From Octopus vulgaris (Eukaryota): 64,000 nucleotides of DNA. The stretch's first letter is position 1, and the number at the start of each line of letters is the position of its first letter. The DNA is taken from contig OX597819.1 in the NCBI GenBank assembly GCA_951406725.2, positions 126,542,001 to 126,606,000 of the forward strand, written 5' to 3'. Positions 13,473 through 26,680 of this stretch are shown here, piece after piece. The position numbers and the translations under genes were made by a program. Below the pieces are notes generated by a model, which was not told the DNA's origin, searched no databases, and saw nothing but the letters and a program-made list of their open reading frames with translations.

Positions 13473-14306
13473 TATATATGTGTATGCATACATACATACA
13501 TACATACATACATACATACATACATACATACATACATACACACACCTAGATATACGTATGGAGAGAGAGGGGGAATGGGGAGAGAGGGGGGAAAAGGGGA
13601 GAGAGGGGGAAAAGGGGAGATAGAGGGAGAAAGAGGGTGCCTAGAAACACAGTGTATATAGGTGTGTGTGTGTGTATAGGTCGATAGGGAATGAGATTGA
13701 CAGAATCGTAAAATATGTTAATTAAATTGATAGGTATTGAGGTCGGTAGATATATTGAAAAACGAAGCACAATTATAAATTAAATTACATTGAATAAAAT
13801 TGAATAACATTAATTATCAACTATCTGTGGTCTTCCAAACTTCTTCCTCGAAATCATATCTCACGCCAATGCCTCCTTGCGTGTTCATGAATATACTTAA
13901 ACGTAATATGGACGAGCTGTTGAGCTGTTCGCTTTGCAATTACTTTGACTCTACAGCCAGCATCGTAGACACGTGTCACTGGTAAATCAGATCTAAACCT
14001 GATGAGCGAAATTTAGTAAACGAAAACTTTACGGAAGCCCATTGGATGGATTGTACTTGTTATTTAAATGTCCAGTCTTTGTTACACAGTCTGCCACACC
14101 GATTTCCCATGAGGATTACGCTAAGGAAAATATGTGTCTATGGAACAATAAGCCACTTTAGCGTTAATTCAAAGAGAAGGTAGTTCACTTGTTTTAACAA
14201 CACATTTTTTGATCGTCGAAACCGACGGAAATCCATATGCTTACTTTATGTGTATGTTTAATTCGTTGGCGAGTTGGCCCATGAGTACATTCCGCAGAAT
14301 CAACTA

Positions 14307-14535
14307 GGCGGCGAGCTGTCAAAAACGTTAGCGCGATGGGCGAAAAGCGTAGCCGTATTTCGTCTGTCGTTACGTTCTGAGTTCAAATTCCGCCGAGGTC
14401 GACTTTGCCTTTCATCCTTTCGGGGTCGATAAATTAAGTACCAGTTTCGCACTGGGGTCGATGTAATCAACTTAATCCCTTTGTCTGTCCTTGTTTGTTC
14501 CCTCTATGTCTAGCCCCTTGTGGGCAGTAAAGCAA
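14307..14535 (+). mobile_element. SINE family B, full length
   Basis: GGCGGCGAGCTG...GAGTTCAAATTCC (box B-like)...GCCTTTCATCCTTTCGGGGTCGAT...GTGGGCAGTAAAG. Confidence 0.9.
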
Positions 14536-14838
14536 TATATATTGCAAGTCATTTGGAATAGGGCTTCGTCTCACAGGCGTAAAGAAAAAAAAGAGCAGCT
14601 GTGTGCAGCGCTGTTGTTTCCCCCTCCCTTGTTTTTCCCTAAAATTACATCATTACAAACAAAAAATACTGCCCTGAATATGACAGTGCTCATTGAATTG
14701 GCAGAACCATTAAAACATCGGCCTGTGCTTTGCACTACTTGCTCCGGTTACGTTCAGATGGCGATGAAATGAAATACCACTCAAGCACAGGAAATCGATA
14801 TCGTTTAATCCTACTCCAAATTATCAGGCATTGTGTCT

Positions 14839-15060
14839 GAGCTGGCAGAAACGTTTGCACGCCGGGCGAAATGCTTAGCGGTATTTCGTCTGCCGTTACG
14901 TTCTGAGTTCAAATTCCGCCGAGGTCGACTTTGCTTTTCATCCTTTCGGGGTCGATAAATTAAGTACCAGTTATGCACTGGGGTCAATGTAATCGACTTA
15001 ATCCGTTTGTCTGTCCTTGTTTGACCCCTCTATGTTTAGTCCCTTGTGGGCAATAAAAAT
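14839..15060 (+). mobile_element. SINE family B copy
   Basis: Near-identical to 14307-14535. Confidence 0.9.
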
Positions 15061-15387
15061 AAATTAATTCAAACATTTTAATCCAATTCATGACACACAC
15101 ACACACACACACACACATATTTTATGAATAAATATATGAACCTCGTCTTTAAAGGGTTTATGTAATTTTTCTTGGCAAAAATTAACTTACACAAACTAAG
15201 TCTAATCTAAAAATAAACATATTCCAGATTTTTTCCCGTTATCAGTTTCAAGTTTGAAACCAGATAACTTAATCGTTCTTTCTCTCCGCTCTCTCTCCAT
15301 CTCTTTCTCTCTCATTCCCTTTCTTTTATTCTCTTCCTTCTCCTCTCTTTCTCGCTCTGTTTATGCAAGCATATATATGTATATACA

Positions 15388-15463
<76 letters not shown>

Positions 15464-15744
15464 TGAATTTTATAGCATTCGTTATTCTTGCACAGTATGT
15501 AGAGCGCTTGTGGTGGCGCAGAAGGATAAGAACAAATTAAGAAATGACAGTCCTATACTCGATCAATGTTAATGAGTTAATTAATGAATTAATTGTTACT
15601 GCACTGCACACCGGTTTTCGAGTAATTTGACATGTAAAGTATAATGCGTTAATAAACACGTGGTTTGACCTTGTCAGAAGTAAACAAAATGGTTATATCA
15701 TAGTCATTCCGTAGGTATAAAATGCTTTTCTGGATATTTCGAAT

Positions 15745-17437
15745 GTATGCATGCATGTATGTATGTATGTATGTATGTATGTATGTATGTATGTATGTAT
15801 GTATGTATGTATGTATGTATGTATGTATGTATGTATGTATGTATGTATGTGTGTGTGTATGTATGTATGTATGTATGTATGTATGTATGTGTGTGTATGT
15901 ATGTATGTATGTATGTATGTATGTATGTATGTATGTGTGTATGTATGTATGTATGTATGTATGTATGTATGTATGTATGTATGTATGTGTGTATGTATGT
16001 ATGTATGTATGTATGTATGTATGTATGTATGTATGTATGTATGTATGTATGTATGTATGTGTGTATGTATGTATGTATGTATGTATGTATGTATGTATGT
16101 ATGTATGTATGTATGTATGTATGTGTGTGTGTATGTATGTATGTATGTATGTATGTATGTATGTATGTATGTATGTATATATGTATGTATGTATGTATGT
16201 GTGTATGTATGTGTGTATGTATGTATGTATGTATGTATGTATGTATGTATGTATGTATGTATGTATGTATGTATGTATGTATGTATGTATGTATGTATGT
16301 ATGTGTGTGTGTATGTATGTATGTATGTATGTATGTATGTATGTATGTATGTATGTATGTATGTATGTATGTGTGTGTGTGTATGTATGTATGTATGTAT
16401 GTATGTATGTATGTATGTATGTATGTATGTATGTATGTATGTATGTATGTATGTATGTATGTATGTATGTATGTATGTATGTGTGTGTGTGTGTATGCAT
16501 GCATGTATGTATGTATGTATGTATGTGTGTATGTATGTATGTATGTATGTATGTGTGTATGTATGTGTGTATGTGTGTATGTATGTATGTATGTATGTAT
16601 GTATGTATGTATGTATGTATGTATGTATGTATGTGTGTGTGTATGTATGTATGTATGTATGTATGTATGTATGTATGTATGTATGTATGTATGTATGTGT
16701 GTGTGTATGTATGTATGTATGTATGTATGTATGTATGTATGTATGTATGTATGTATATATGTATGTATGTATGTATGTGTGTATGTATGTGTGTATGTAT
16801 GTATGTATGTATGTATGTATGTATGTATGTATGTATGTATGTATGTATGTATTATGTATGTATGTATGTATGTATGTATGTATGTGTGTGTGTATGTATG
16901 TATGTATGTATGTATGTATGTATGTATGTATGTATGTATGTATGTGTGTGTGTGTATGTATGCATGTATGTATGTATGTATGTATGTATGTATGTATGTA
17001 TGTATGTATGTATGTATGTATGTATGTATGTATGTGTGTGTGTGTATGTATGTATGTATGTATGTATGTATGTGTGTATGTATGTATGTATGTATGTATG
17101 TATGTATGTATGTGTGTATGTGTGTATGTATGTATGTATGTATGTATGTATGTATGTATGTATGTATGTATGTATGTATGTGTGTGTATGTATGTATGTA
17201 TGTATGTATGTATGTATGTATGTATGTATGTATGTATGTGTGTGTGTATGTATGTATGTATGTATGTATGTATGTATGTATGTATGTATGAATCTATGTA
17301 TATATGTATGTATGTATGTATGTGTGTATGTATGTGTGTATGTATGTATGTATGTATGTATGTATGTATGTATGAATGTATGTATTATGTATGTATGTAT
17401 GTATGTATGTATGTATGTATGTATGTATGTATCTATG

Positions 17438-17471
<34 letters not shown>

Positions 17472-17905
17472 TGTATGTATGTATGTATGTATGTATGTAT
17501 GTATGTATGTATGTATGTATGTATGTATGTGTGTATGTATGTATGTGTGTGTATGTATGTATGTATGTATGTATGAATGAATGTATGTATGTATGTATGT
17601 ATGTATGTGTGTATGTATGAATGAATGTATGTATGTATGTATGTGTGTGTATGTATGTATGTATGTATGTGTGTATGTATGTGTGTATGTATGTATGTAT
17701 GTATGTGTGTGTGTATGTATGTATGTATGTATGTGTGTATGTATGAATGAATGTATGTATGTATGTATGTATGTATGTGTGTGTGTGTATGTATGTATGT
17801 ATGTATGTATGTATGTATGTGTGTATGTATGAATGAATGTATGTATGTATGTATGTATGTATGTATGTGTGTATGTATGTGTGTATGTATGAATGAATGT
17901 ATGTA
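15745..17905. repeat. ~2.1-kb (TATG)n microsatellite with TG/GAAT interruptions, followed by (TCTA)n
   Basis: Directly visible; it explains the 500-600 aa MYVC ORFs. Confidence 0.98.
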
Positions 17906-17932
17906 TCTGTTTGCCTGTCTCTCTATCTATCA

Positions 17933-18010
<78 letters not shown>

Positions 18011-18084
18011 GTGCATGTGCGTGTATATATGCATGTGAATTAATAGATGCGTTTTTGTATATATACATATATATATTATATATA

Positions 18085-18580
18085 TCGGCACAGGCGTGGC
18101 TGTATGGTAAAAAGTTTGCTGCCGACATGGTTCCCAGTTCAGTCCCACAGCGAGGTAACTTGGGCAAATTTGTTTTACTATAGCTTCGGGCCGAAAAAAA
18201 CCGAGTGAATGGATTTGGAAGACGGAATCTCAAAGAAACTTGCTCTGTGAGTGTGCATGTGTGTTTGAGTGTGCATGTGTGTTTGAGTGTGCATGTGTGT
18301 TTGAGTGTGCATGTGTGTTTGAGTGTGCATGTGTGTTTGAGTGTGCGTGTGTGTTTGAGTGTGCGTGTGTGTCTTTGAGTCTGTGGTTGTCCCACAACCA
18401 CTTGAGAACCCAGTTTTGATGTATTTAAGTCCCCTTAACTTAGCGGTTCGACCAAAGCACCCAATAAAATAAGTACCAGGTTTAAAAAAATAAGTGCTGG
18501 GACCAATTCTTTCGACTAAAATTCTTCAAGGCTGTGTCTAATCATTTATGTAGACTAATGACTGAAACAAACGAAATATA
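18085..18580 (+). mobile_element. Older SINE family A copy with an internal 18-bp minisatellite
   Basis: Family A head and tail; GAGTGTGC(A/G)TGTGTGTTT x7 at ~18249-18375. Confidence 0.8.
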
Positions 18581-18618
18581 AAAGTTATATATACATATAT
18601 GTGTTTGCTTGTGTGTGC

Positions 18619-18664
<46 letters not shown>

Positions 18665-18817
18665 GCGTGTGTGTTCTTTTATACGTTTCAGCCCTAAGTG
18701 TGTGGTCATGCTGGAACAACATAAACACATATATGGATATATATACATATATATATAACTGCAAACACAACACACACATATATATACATACACATACATA
18801 CATATACACATAATGCC

Positions 18818-19215
18818 TTATATATATAATACTGAGAATGTATGTCTGTATGCGTGTCTGTGTGTCTGTCTGTCTTTGCATCACTAAAACTCGAGAACTA
18901 CCCAACTGATTTCCCTCAAATTTTACACGTGCCTTACTTAGGGTCCATGCAGGGTCATGGACCAAAAGAATTTTCAGCTTCATACCTAATGTGACAAGCG
19001 ATGTTGCTGTGTTTGCATTCCAACAACTTAGCGGTTCGTCAAAAGACACTGATAGAATAAGTACTAGGCTTACAATGAATAAATCCTGTGGTCGATTTGT
19101 TCGACCAACGGCGGTGCTCCAGCATGGCGGCAGTTTGCATGACTGAAACAAGTAAACCAATAAAAAAAAAAACTATGCCATTTTAATCCCGAGCAAGGCC
19201 GAGTATATCTGCTGG
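18818..19215 (+). mobile_element. Non-autonomous Helitron-like element interrupted by a SINE A 3' fragment (~18993-19165)
   Basis: 5' TATATATAATACTGAGAATG, then GTCT-type repeats and GAGAACTACCCAACTGATTTCCCTCAAATTTT. The 3' end has a degenerate GC hairpin CCCGAGCAAGGCCGAG, then a CTGG|T terminus (CTRR rule). Confidence 0.6.
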
Positions 19216-19235
19216 TATATATATAAATCTCTGTA

Positions 19236-19304
<69 letters not shown>

Positions 19305-20429
19305 GTCTGTCTGTCTCTCTATTTGCCTGTCTATCTGATAACGGGCCTCGTGAATGTGGGCTTGACAAAAGTACAATGGTATATCCTTGACAGCCCGAGT
19401 GACTGGGGAGAGATGCGGGCTCGTGATCGATTACAAATTTGTCTAACACTTTATAAATTTATCAAATGAGCCTTAAACGTAAATTTATATGAGAGAGTAG
19501 AGCCGTTAAACAGATGGCAATCTCCTCAACAACTGAATATGTGATCCGTACTTGGCTTGTTCTCTCTACCCTTCAACCCTCTCTCTCACACTCTTTCTCG
19601 TGCTTGTGTGTGTGTGCCCGCTCGAGTAACACCCACACCATTCATACACACACACACACATTTGAATAAAAGCGATCCATAAAGGATGGAGGCATATCAA
19701 AGGGAAGCATGCCACAATTGTTGACGTGACAGATTGAAGTAAATCAGACAATTAAGTAATCTTTTATCATAGCACTGAATACATCGATAAAAGAAAGCTC
19801 ATCGTTGTTTAGTAATCCGCATCTCGAGTAGTCACCAAAAGTATCCAAAGATGAGTGGAGACTTAAGCGTGGCGTGAAAATATTACGAAAACAAACGAAT
19901 GGGTTGCCAGGTACTGCTACAGTTGTTACGTTAAGAGTTTTTATTGAGATGTAAATATGGCACAGTCTGGTACGCGCTATACACCACCTTACTACTATTG
20001 TGTAATACGTTACGCAACTCAACTCATACAAGGGAGTAGTGACACGTTGATTAATCGGCAGATCATCAAAAAATGAAATTTCTAATCAGAATTACCAATA
20101 TTCAAAAATATAAAGCGGGTGTAGAACATTTGCTGTAGGAGGAATTACAACCGTTTTTCGTGGTCTGCTACCACAACAGCTCCTTTATAGGATCCAGTTA
20201 GCTCATGACATCATCAAGAGGAACCACGTCCAGTTTCAGCCCCTACTCCTCTACCGTTTTGATGTGCCCCACCCTTTCGGAGGTGTCTTCAGCTCTGGGG
20301 TTGGGTGCATGTCTTCTTTCTTCTTTCTTCTGTTCCCTGGCCTCTTCGATGTAGCGTCAGCGAGTGTCAGCCGGTGACTGACTGACTTGTCAATTTTTTC
20401 CCTTTAAATACCTGTTATTTCGTGTATCT

Positions 20430-20690
20430 ATACGCATCCATATAGAAAATGAGAGAAATTCAGTAAAATACATTCTAGTCCCAATTCATCTGGAAGTTCA
20501 GGGACTATGAATCAAAACCTAATCCAGTAGTATGGAACATTTTAAAAAGCCGCGCCATACTACACTCAATACCAGTTTTTCAGGCTGTGCTTAACAGAAA
20601 AGTTACAGTTGTTAAAACAGCCAGCGATATCAACTGAGCGGAGAATTGAACTACTATTACTGTTATGACGACAGTTCCTATTGATCAGCT
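20430..20690 (+). pseudogene. Penelope-like element GIY-YIG endonuclease C-terminal relic
   Basis: Translation with a frameshift: SQFIWKFRDYESKPNPVVWNILK / AAPYYTQYQFFRLCLTEKLQLLK, resembling the recalled PLE motif SKHIWxLK...WxILxxAxPY...CxLCLxEKLxIL. Confidence 0.6.
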
Positions 20691-21050
20691 CTATATGCAT
20701 GATAATCCACCGATTAAAACCCATGCCCAGCAGATGCAATAAGCATGGCGAAGTAATTAGCCCTTGGTGATGACCAAACGTTTGCACTGACAAGCAACAC
20801 CACATATTCGATCACGTGATTCGCTTCAATCAATGATATTCATCGTAGCCAGTTCGTTGTGGGCATAAAACTTCGGTCATTGACCAAATTCTAACCGATC
20901 GATCTTACGTGTATTACGTTTGTGATAATTCAAATATCAATGCAGGGAATTATCAAGTTAATTCTTCTAAACTCTGCAATTGTGCCTTAAGTGCATTTTT
21001 CTTCTGTTTGAAAGCCGAAACGTATGTGAGTGTGTGTACATGTGGGTGTT

Positions 21051-21092
<42 letters not shown>

Positions 21093-21149
21093 TATGTGTG
21101 TGTGTGTATGCGTGTGTATTTTTTTCTTTTTACTTTAATTAATATATAT

Positions 21150-21376
21150 TTCTTTACTACCCACGAGGGGCTAAACACAGAGAGGACAAACAAGGACAGA
21201 CAAACGGATTAAGTCGATTACAATGACCCCAGTGCGTAACTGGTACTTAATTTATCGACCCCGAAAGGATGAAAGGCAAAGTCGACCTCGGCGGAATTTC
21301 AGCCCAGAACGTAACGGCAGACGAAATACTGCTGAGCATTTCGCCCGGCGCGCTAACAATTCTGCCAGCTCGCCGC
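21150..21376 (-). mobile_element. SINE family B with TSD
   Basis: Flanked by TTTTACTTTAAT(T/C)AATATA on both sides. Confidence 0.92.
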
Positions 21377-21586
21377 TTTTTACTTTAATCAATATAAGAT
21401 ACCAAGTGACCCAAGCAGCGAGATTGTGTGCATGGCACTAAATAAGTGTCAAGCACGAAGTTCTCGGCCTTTGGTGCTTTGTAACATTTGCCGTTTTAAT
21501 TTGAAACCATATGTATTCATGTTTTGAGTTACATTATTCCCGTCTTCATTGTCAAACCTCTCTCTCTATATTCCTACCCCCTCTCC

Positions 21587-21638
<52 letters not shown>

Positions 21639-21712
21639 GTTAGACAGCGAACTTATGAACTCACTGATAGGGTCAATCCTATTACGGTCACAATATACTT
21701 AAAGGGAATGAA

Positions 21713-21944
21713 GGCGGCGAGCTGGCAGAAACGTTAGCACGCCAGGCGAAATGCTTAGCAGTAATTCGTCTGCCGTTACGTTCTGAGTTCAAACTCCGCC
21801 GAGGTCGACCTTGCCTTTTATCCTTTCGGGGTCGATTAAATAAGTACCAGTTACGCACCGGGGTCAATGCAATCGACTTAATCCCTTTGTCTGTCCTTGT
21901 TTGTCCCCTCTATGTTTAGCCCCCTGTGGGCAATAAAGAAATAA
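21713..21944 (+). mobile_element. SINE family B with TSD
   Basis: Flanked by AATATACTTAAAGGG at ~21692 and ~21945. Confidence 0.92.
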
Positions 21945-22489
21945 ATATACTTAAAGGGTATGTATTAGGTTGTATTAGGGTCTCGAAGTAATAAGCAAAA
22001 TTTATGAAGTCTCTTAGCTAGTTTTTCTCTTTATTTATAATTTTTAAAAAATATCGACTTAGAGTTGGAAATTCGAACAATAATTATTATTAGTGTACTG
22101 AGGTGTAAGAGGGGATAATAATACTTTTTGAATTCTTTGTCTCCAGTATTGCAATATCTTGTTTTAATATATATAACTTTTATATTTTGCGGGTAGACTT
22201 TTCTTATTGCGGATTTGAGCGATGTCCAAAATTCACTTGGGTCCTTGTACGGCGATAGATGTTCTATACAACTGGACACTTGACTTGAATACATTATATT
22301 CATTTTTTTAAAACTTTCGCTTCTGAGTTCAAATATCACTGGAACCGATTTTTTATTTTTATTCCTATATATTCCCCCTTCCAGGTCCAGCCATATTTCA
22401 AATTTAGAAAAGAAAAGACTGTGAGAAACGGAGATATTAATCAAATTTATTTGTAGGAAGGACTCTGATGGAATCAGTGTTCTGATAAT

Positions 22490-22700
22490 ATCAATTTCAA
22501 ATTTTGGCCAGCAATTTCACATGAGCGGCTAAGTCAACTTAATCAACACCCGAATGCTCAACTGGTACCTATTTTATCAACTCCGAAAAGATGAAAGGCA
22601 AAGTCGACACCGGTAGCATTTGAACCCGGAGCATAAAGACGGACGAAATGCCGCTAAGCACTTTGCCCGGCGTGCTAACGATTCTGCCAGCTCGATGCCT
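22490..22700 (-). mobile_element. SINE family B older variant with TSD
   Basis: Core homology; TSD TCAGTGTTCTGATAAT on both sides. Confidence 0.8.
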
Positions 22701-23101
22701 TCAGTGTTCTGATAATGTTGATAATTTCTTTTATTTTTCTTTTAATCCGATCAGTATTCACAGGTTAGGAGTATAATAAATTTTTGAACCCAAAACCACT
22801 TAGGGTAATTGTTTATGCCATCAACCTTAAAGCAGTCAACGTTAGTAGACTATTCCCGCTTATTTTCCTGCCTTGCTTCGGTCGAACTAGTTATTAAGAT
22901 AATGACTTTTTTTCATTATTATGGATGTAGTTTAATTATTTAAAATCTCTTGTTTCACTATATCAAGTATGTTTAACTCACCCCACCCCCATTCCGTCCA
23001 TTTTACTATTGAGTGGGTATTTTCCTCGATTAAACTCTTTTTCATTTCCACTAATCCACCGGTAGTGCTAATAATTCCTTCTAAGTTAGGTACAGGATAA
23101 C

Positions 23102-23300
23102 GCGGCGACCTCGCAGAATCGTTAGCACGCCGGCCAAAATAGTAGTTTTTCGTCCGTCTTTACGTTCTGAGTTCAAATTGCCTAGGTTGACTTGCCATTC
23201 ATCCTTTCGAGGTCAATAAAATAAGTAACAGCTGGACACTGAGTTGATTTAATTGTCTTAGCCACCCCCTGAAATTGCTGGCCCTGTGTTGAAATTTGGA
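23102..23300 (+). mobile_element. SINE family B older variant
   Basis: GCGGCGACCTCGCAGAATCGTTAGCACGCC...GAGTTCAAAT...CATTCATCCTTTCGAGGTC. Confidence 0.75.
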
Positions 23301-23409
23301 CTCAATTTAGCTTAAAACCTTTCGAATATGCTGTTACTATTTTTCAAAACGATAAGAATCGACAAAGCGTCGGGAGAAAAATGTTTTGTAAGCCGGATTT
23401 GATCCAACT

Positions 23410-23593
23410 CTCTTTTACTCTTTTACTTGTTTCAGCACCGCCTTTAGTCGAGCAAATCGACCCCGGGACTTATTCTTTGTAAGCCCAGTACTTATTCCAT
23501 CGGTCTCTTTTGCCGAACCGCTAAGTGACGGGGACGTAAACACACCAGCATCGGTTGTCAAGCAATGCTAGGGGGACAAGCATAGACACACAA

Positions 23594-23688
<95 letters not shown>

Positions 23689-23852
23689 TAAGACAGGCTT
23701 CTTTCAGTTTCCGTCTACCAAACCACTCACAAGGCATTGGTCGGCCCGGGGCTATAGCAGAAGACACTTGCCCAAGATGCCACGCAGTGGGATTGAACCC
23801 GAAACCATGTGGTTGGTTTGCAAGCTAATTACCACACAGCCACTCCTACGCC
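23410..23852 (-). mobile_element. SINE family A copy
   Basis: Homologous to 9035-9433; expanded internal (TA)n. Confidence 0.9.
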
Positions 23853-24507
23853 TATTAACATTCCCAATTGAAATCCAGTCGAGGTCAACTTTGCCTCGAC
23901 TCGGGGTCGATAAGATAAAGCACCTATCCAGTATTAGGCAAGTGGTATCGACTAGATCCTTCCATAAATTGCAAACGTGTATTCATAACGTAAATTTGTC
24001 ATTCGTCTTTTAACGGTTTTAACCAAAATGAAAGCAAGAAACATCTTTCAATGTCTACGTTTATGGATTTGTATTGGAAGATTGCTGATGTAGAATCGTG
24101 TGTTGAGACAGAGATTGTTATATTTGGGGATGGTCTTTTTTTGCCATCTAACCACATGCATTATATTCTTGGTCTTCACCAGCGAATGTGACCTCTTCAT
24201 CGACTCTCCATCTTACGTGTCTCCTGCTCTGTTTAGTCAATTTAACCCAGAAAAAGTTAATTTTTATTGATCAAATTATTCTTCCCTTTGTAATTTTATG
24301 GGTTTTGATACTCTCCGGCAGAATAAATCCAGGAAGTTTTATCGAAAAATTAATTTTATAAACAAACTTCATGCATGAACGAAAAACGCTACATACAGTA
24401 CACTTAGGCGTACACCAGATTCAGTTTTGATACCGAGGAATAGTCTACTTCATGTTGATAAAATTACTAGATTACCTTATTAGGAAGTATCTATACTCAT
24501 GAAATGT

Positions 24508-24765
24508 GGAGGCGCGTGGCTTAGTGGTTAGGGTGTCAGCATCATGATCGTAAGATTGTGGTTTCGATTCCTTGACCGGGCGACGCGTCGTGTTCTTGAG
24601 CAAAACACTTCATTTCACGTTGCTTCAGTCCACTCAGCTGGCAGAAATGAGTAACGCTGCGATGGATTAGCGTCCCATCCAACTGCGCAACACATACGCC
24701 ATTGAAACCGGGAAACCGGGTCCATGAGCCTGGCTAGGCTTTATAAGGGCGCATTTATTTATTTT
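24508..24765 (+). mobile_element. tRNA-headed SINE (family D) with a short TSD
   Basis: GGAGGCGCGTGGCTTAGTGGTTAGGG (box A) ... GGTTTCGATTCC (box B), CTTGAGCAAAACACTT core, (TTTA)n tail; CTCATGAAA flanks both ends. Confidence 0.85.
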
Positions 24766-25104
24766 TATCTTGCTCATGAAAGGCTTATATCAACATGGAA
24801 AATGTGAAAATTGATTTCATCAAGAATCATTTCATTTCGTGGGCGATATCCTGTGTTTTGCCGCGCGCTGTTATATTGTTGCCGCGTTGTGTTTAGAAAA
24901 TCTGCCTCGCTCTCCAACGACTTCTTTTCTCATAAACTTATGCCAAATGTCCCCAAGTTACTTAGTAATGCTTTATTTTCAAAGACTCCAGGACGATTGG
25001 TTATAGGTTGGACGGTATACATAAAGACATTTCTTTGAAGTAATTAGTAGCGTTTACTCTTGGAGCGAATCGCCAACATATATATGCATACAGATGCATA
25101 TATA

Positions 25105-25166
<62 letters not shown>

Positions 25167-25187
25167 TAAATATGTACATACACACAC

Positions 25188-25221
<34 letters not shown>

Positions 25222-25224
25222 ATG

Positions 25225-25256
<32 letters not shown>

Positions 25257-26301
25257 TATATGCATATGTATATGAGTGTGAATGTGTGTATATGTACTTG
25301 CGTGCCTGGCTGTATAAGAGTGTGAGTGAGTGTGCGTGTGTGTACGTGCATGTGTATACGGGTGCGTGTGTGTGCGCGCGCGTGCAGTGGTTCAATACAG
25401 CAATTGATGTGTCCTGTATTGATTTTCTTATTTAAGATACAAAGCCTCAATAATGTTGGAATGTACTTTTGCCGTTGAGAATAATATCAGTTAATGTTAC
25501 GTAGACGGAATAATAATTATTTTATTTTATTTAGATGTCATAATGCTGATACAAACTAATATAATGAATACTTTTTAAAATAGAAATATTTCTTAAAATA
25601 TAATTATTTAATAATATTTAAATAAAACAAATTTCTCTTTTCATATTCCAATAAATATATGTTATCAATAAGAATAATATAGTTTAACTATTAGTAACTT
25701 ATTCGATATTATTAACAATAGCAAAGCATATTCCCATTTCACTGCATAAAGAACGGCATTAACTGTGTAACATAGGTAATGCTTACATTATCAGACCTGC
25801 TTATGATTCAAAATTTAATTTTGTTTTACTTGTGCAGCGCTTTTGCATGTCAGCGGACAAATTTCGACATTATTAACATATATAAATCAGACCGGCGATT
25901 CCAGTTCGTTTCCAAGTGACTTGGATATATGATGCCGATGAATTGAAATAAAAGCGGAATATCGGTTTCCATTGTTCTCGTTCACCTACGGGACTGGTTT
26001 GAGGAATTCAGGGTTTTTAACACTTTGCGTCTTAAAGGGACTTTCATCCTGACGTCGTCCCGCAGTTAATAAGTGCATAAACAAAAATCATATATTAAGT
26101 ATGTGATATCAGTAATATATACAAACATACATATATCATATTGTCATGCATAATACATACATGCATGTATGCATGCATACATACATACATACATACATAC
26201 ATACATACATACATACATACATACATACATACATACATACATACATACATACATACATACATACATACATACATACATACATACATACATACATACATAC
26301 A

Positions 26302-26332
<31 letters not shown>

Positions 26333-26334
<2 letters not shown>

Positions 26335-26680
26335 GGTGGCTGCCCCCTCGTTATCGAGTATGGCCATTGCACGAAGCTTAATCAATGTTGTTATCGTGCA
26401 ATGCCTGTGCAAGAAGATTTTTTTTTAAGTGAGGAAAGGCTGTGCACTGAGTCAATCCCACTCACTAAGCAACAGCAGCCATAATCCGAAAAGAAGAACT
26501 AGTCAACATCATCGATAACCACTGAGCCGCAGGTTTTATGTCGGAGTTATCCCAGTTACCTGAGTTACCTTCTCCGAGAAGGATGCCCAAACAAAGGCTA
26601 GGAGTCCTTGAGGAACTCTTGAGAGTCAACGGCCTTCCAATAAATGCCTTAAGGCTGTATCATGCGCGTGGACATAGAAC
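26333..26680 (-). mobile_element. Retroposon fragment (RTE-type 3' tail suspected) embedded in (CATA)n
   Basis: Non-repetitive ~345-bp block flanked on both sides by (CATA)n; the minus strand runs ...GTGCACAGCCTTTCCTCACTTAAAAAAAATCTTC...GCAGCCACC into (TATG)n. Confidence 0.45.

Noticed and set aside
13560-13640. G-run homopurine tract (G-quadruplex/H-DNA potential)
   Set aside because: Ordinary GA-rich low complexity, common throughout the window.
13995-14030. CTGATGA...CGAAA, and lone CTGATGA/CTGAAGA words at 8084, 20290 (minus), 49536 and 54524
   Set aside because: No complete stem II plus GAAA plus stem I arrangement.
15649-17933. 500-630 aa ORFs (MYVC.../HTYI...), and similar ORFs at 55.4-57.5 kb and elsewhere
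   Set aside because: They are translations of stop-free tetranucleotide and dinucleotide microsatellites.
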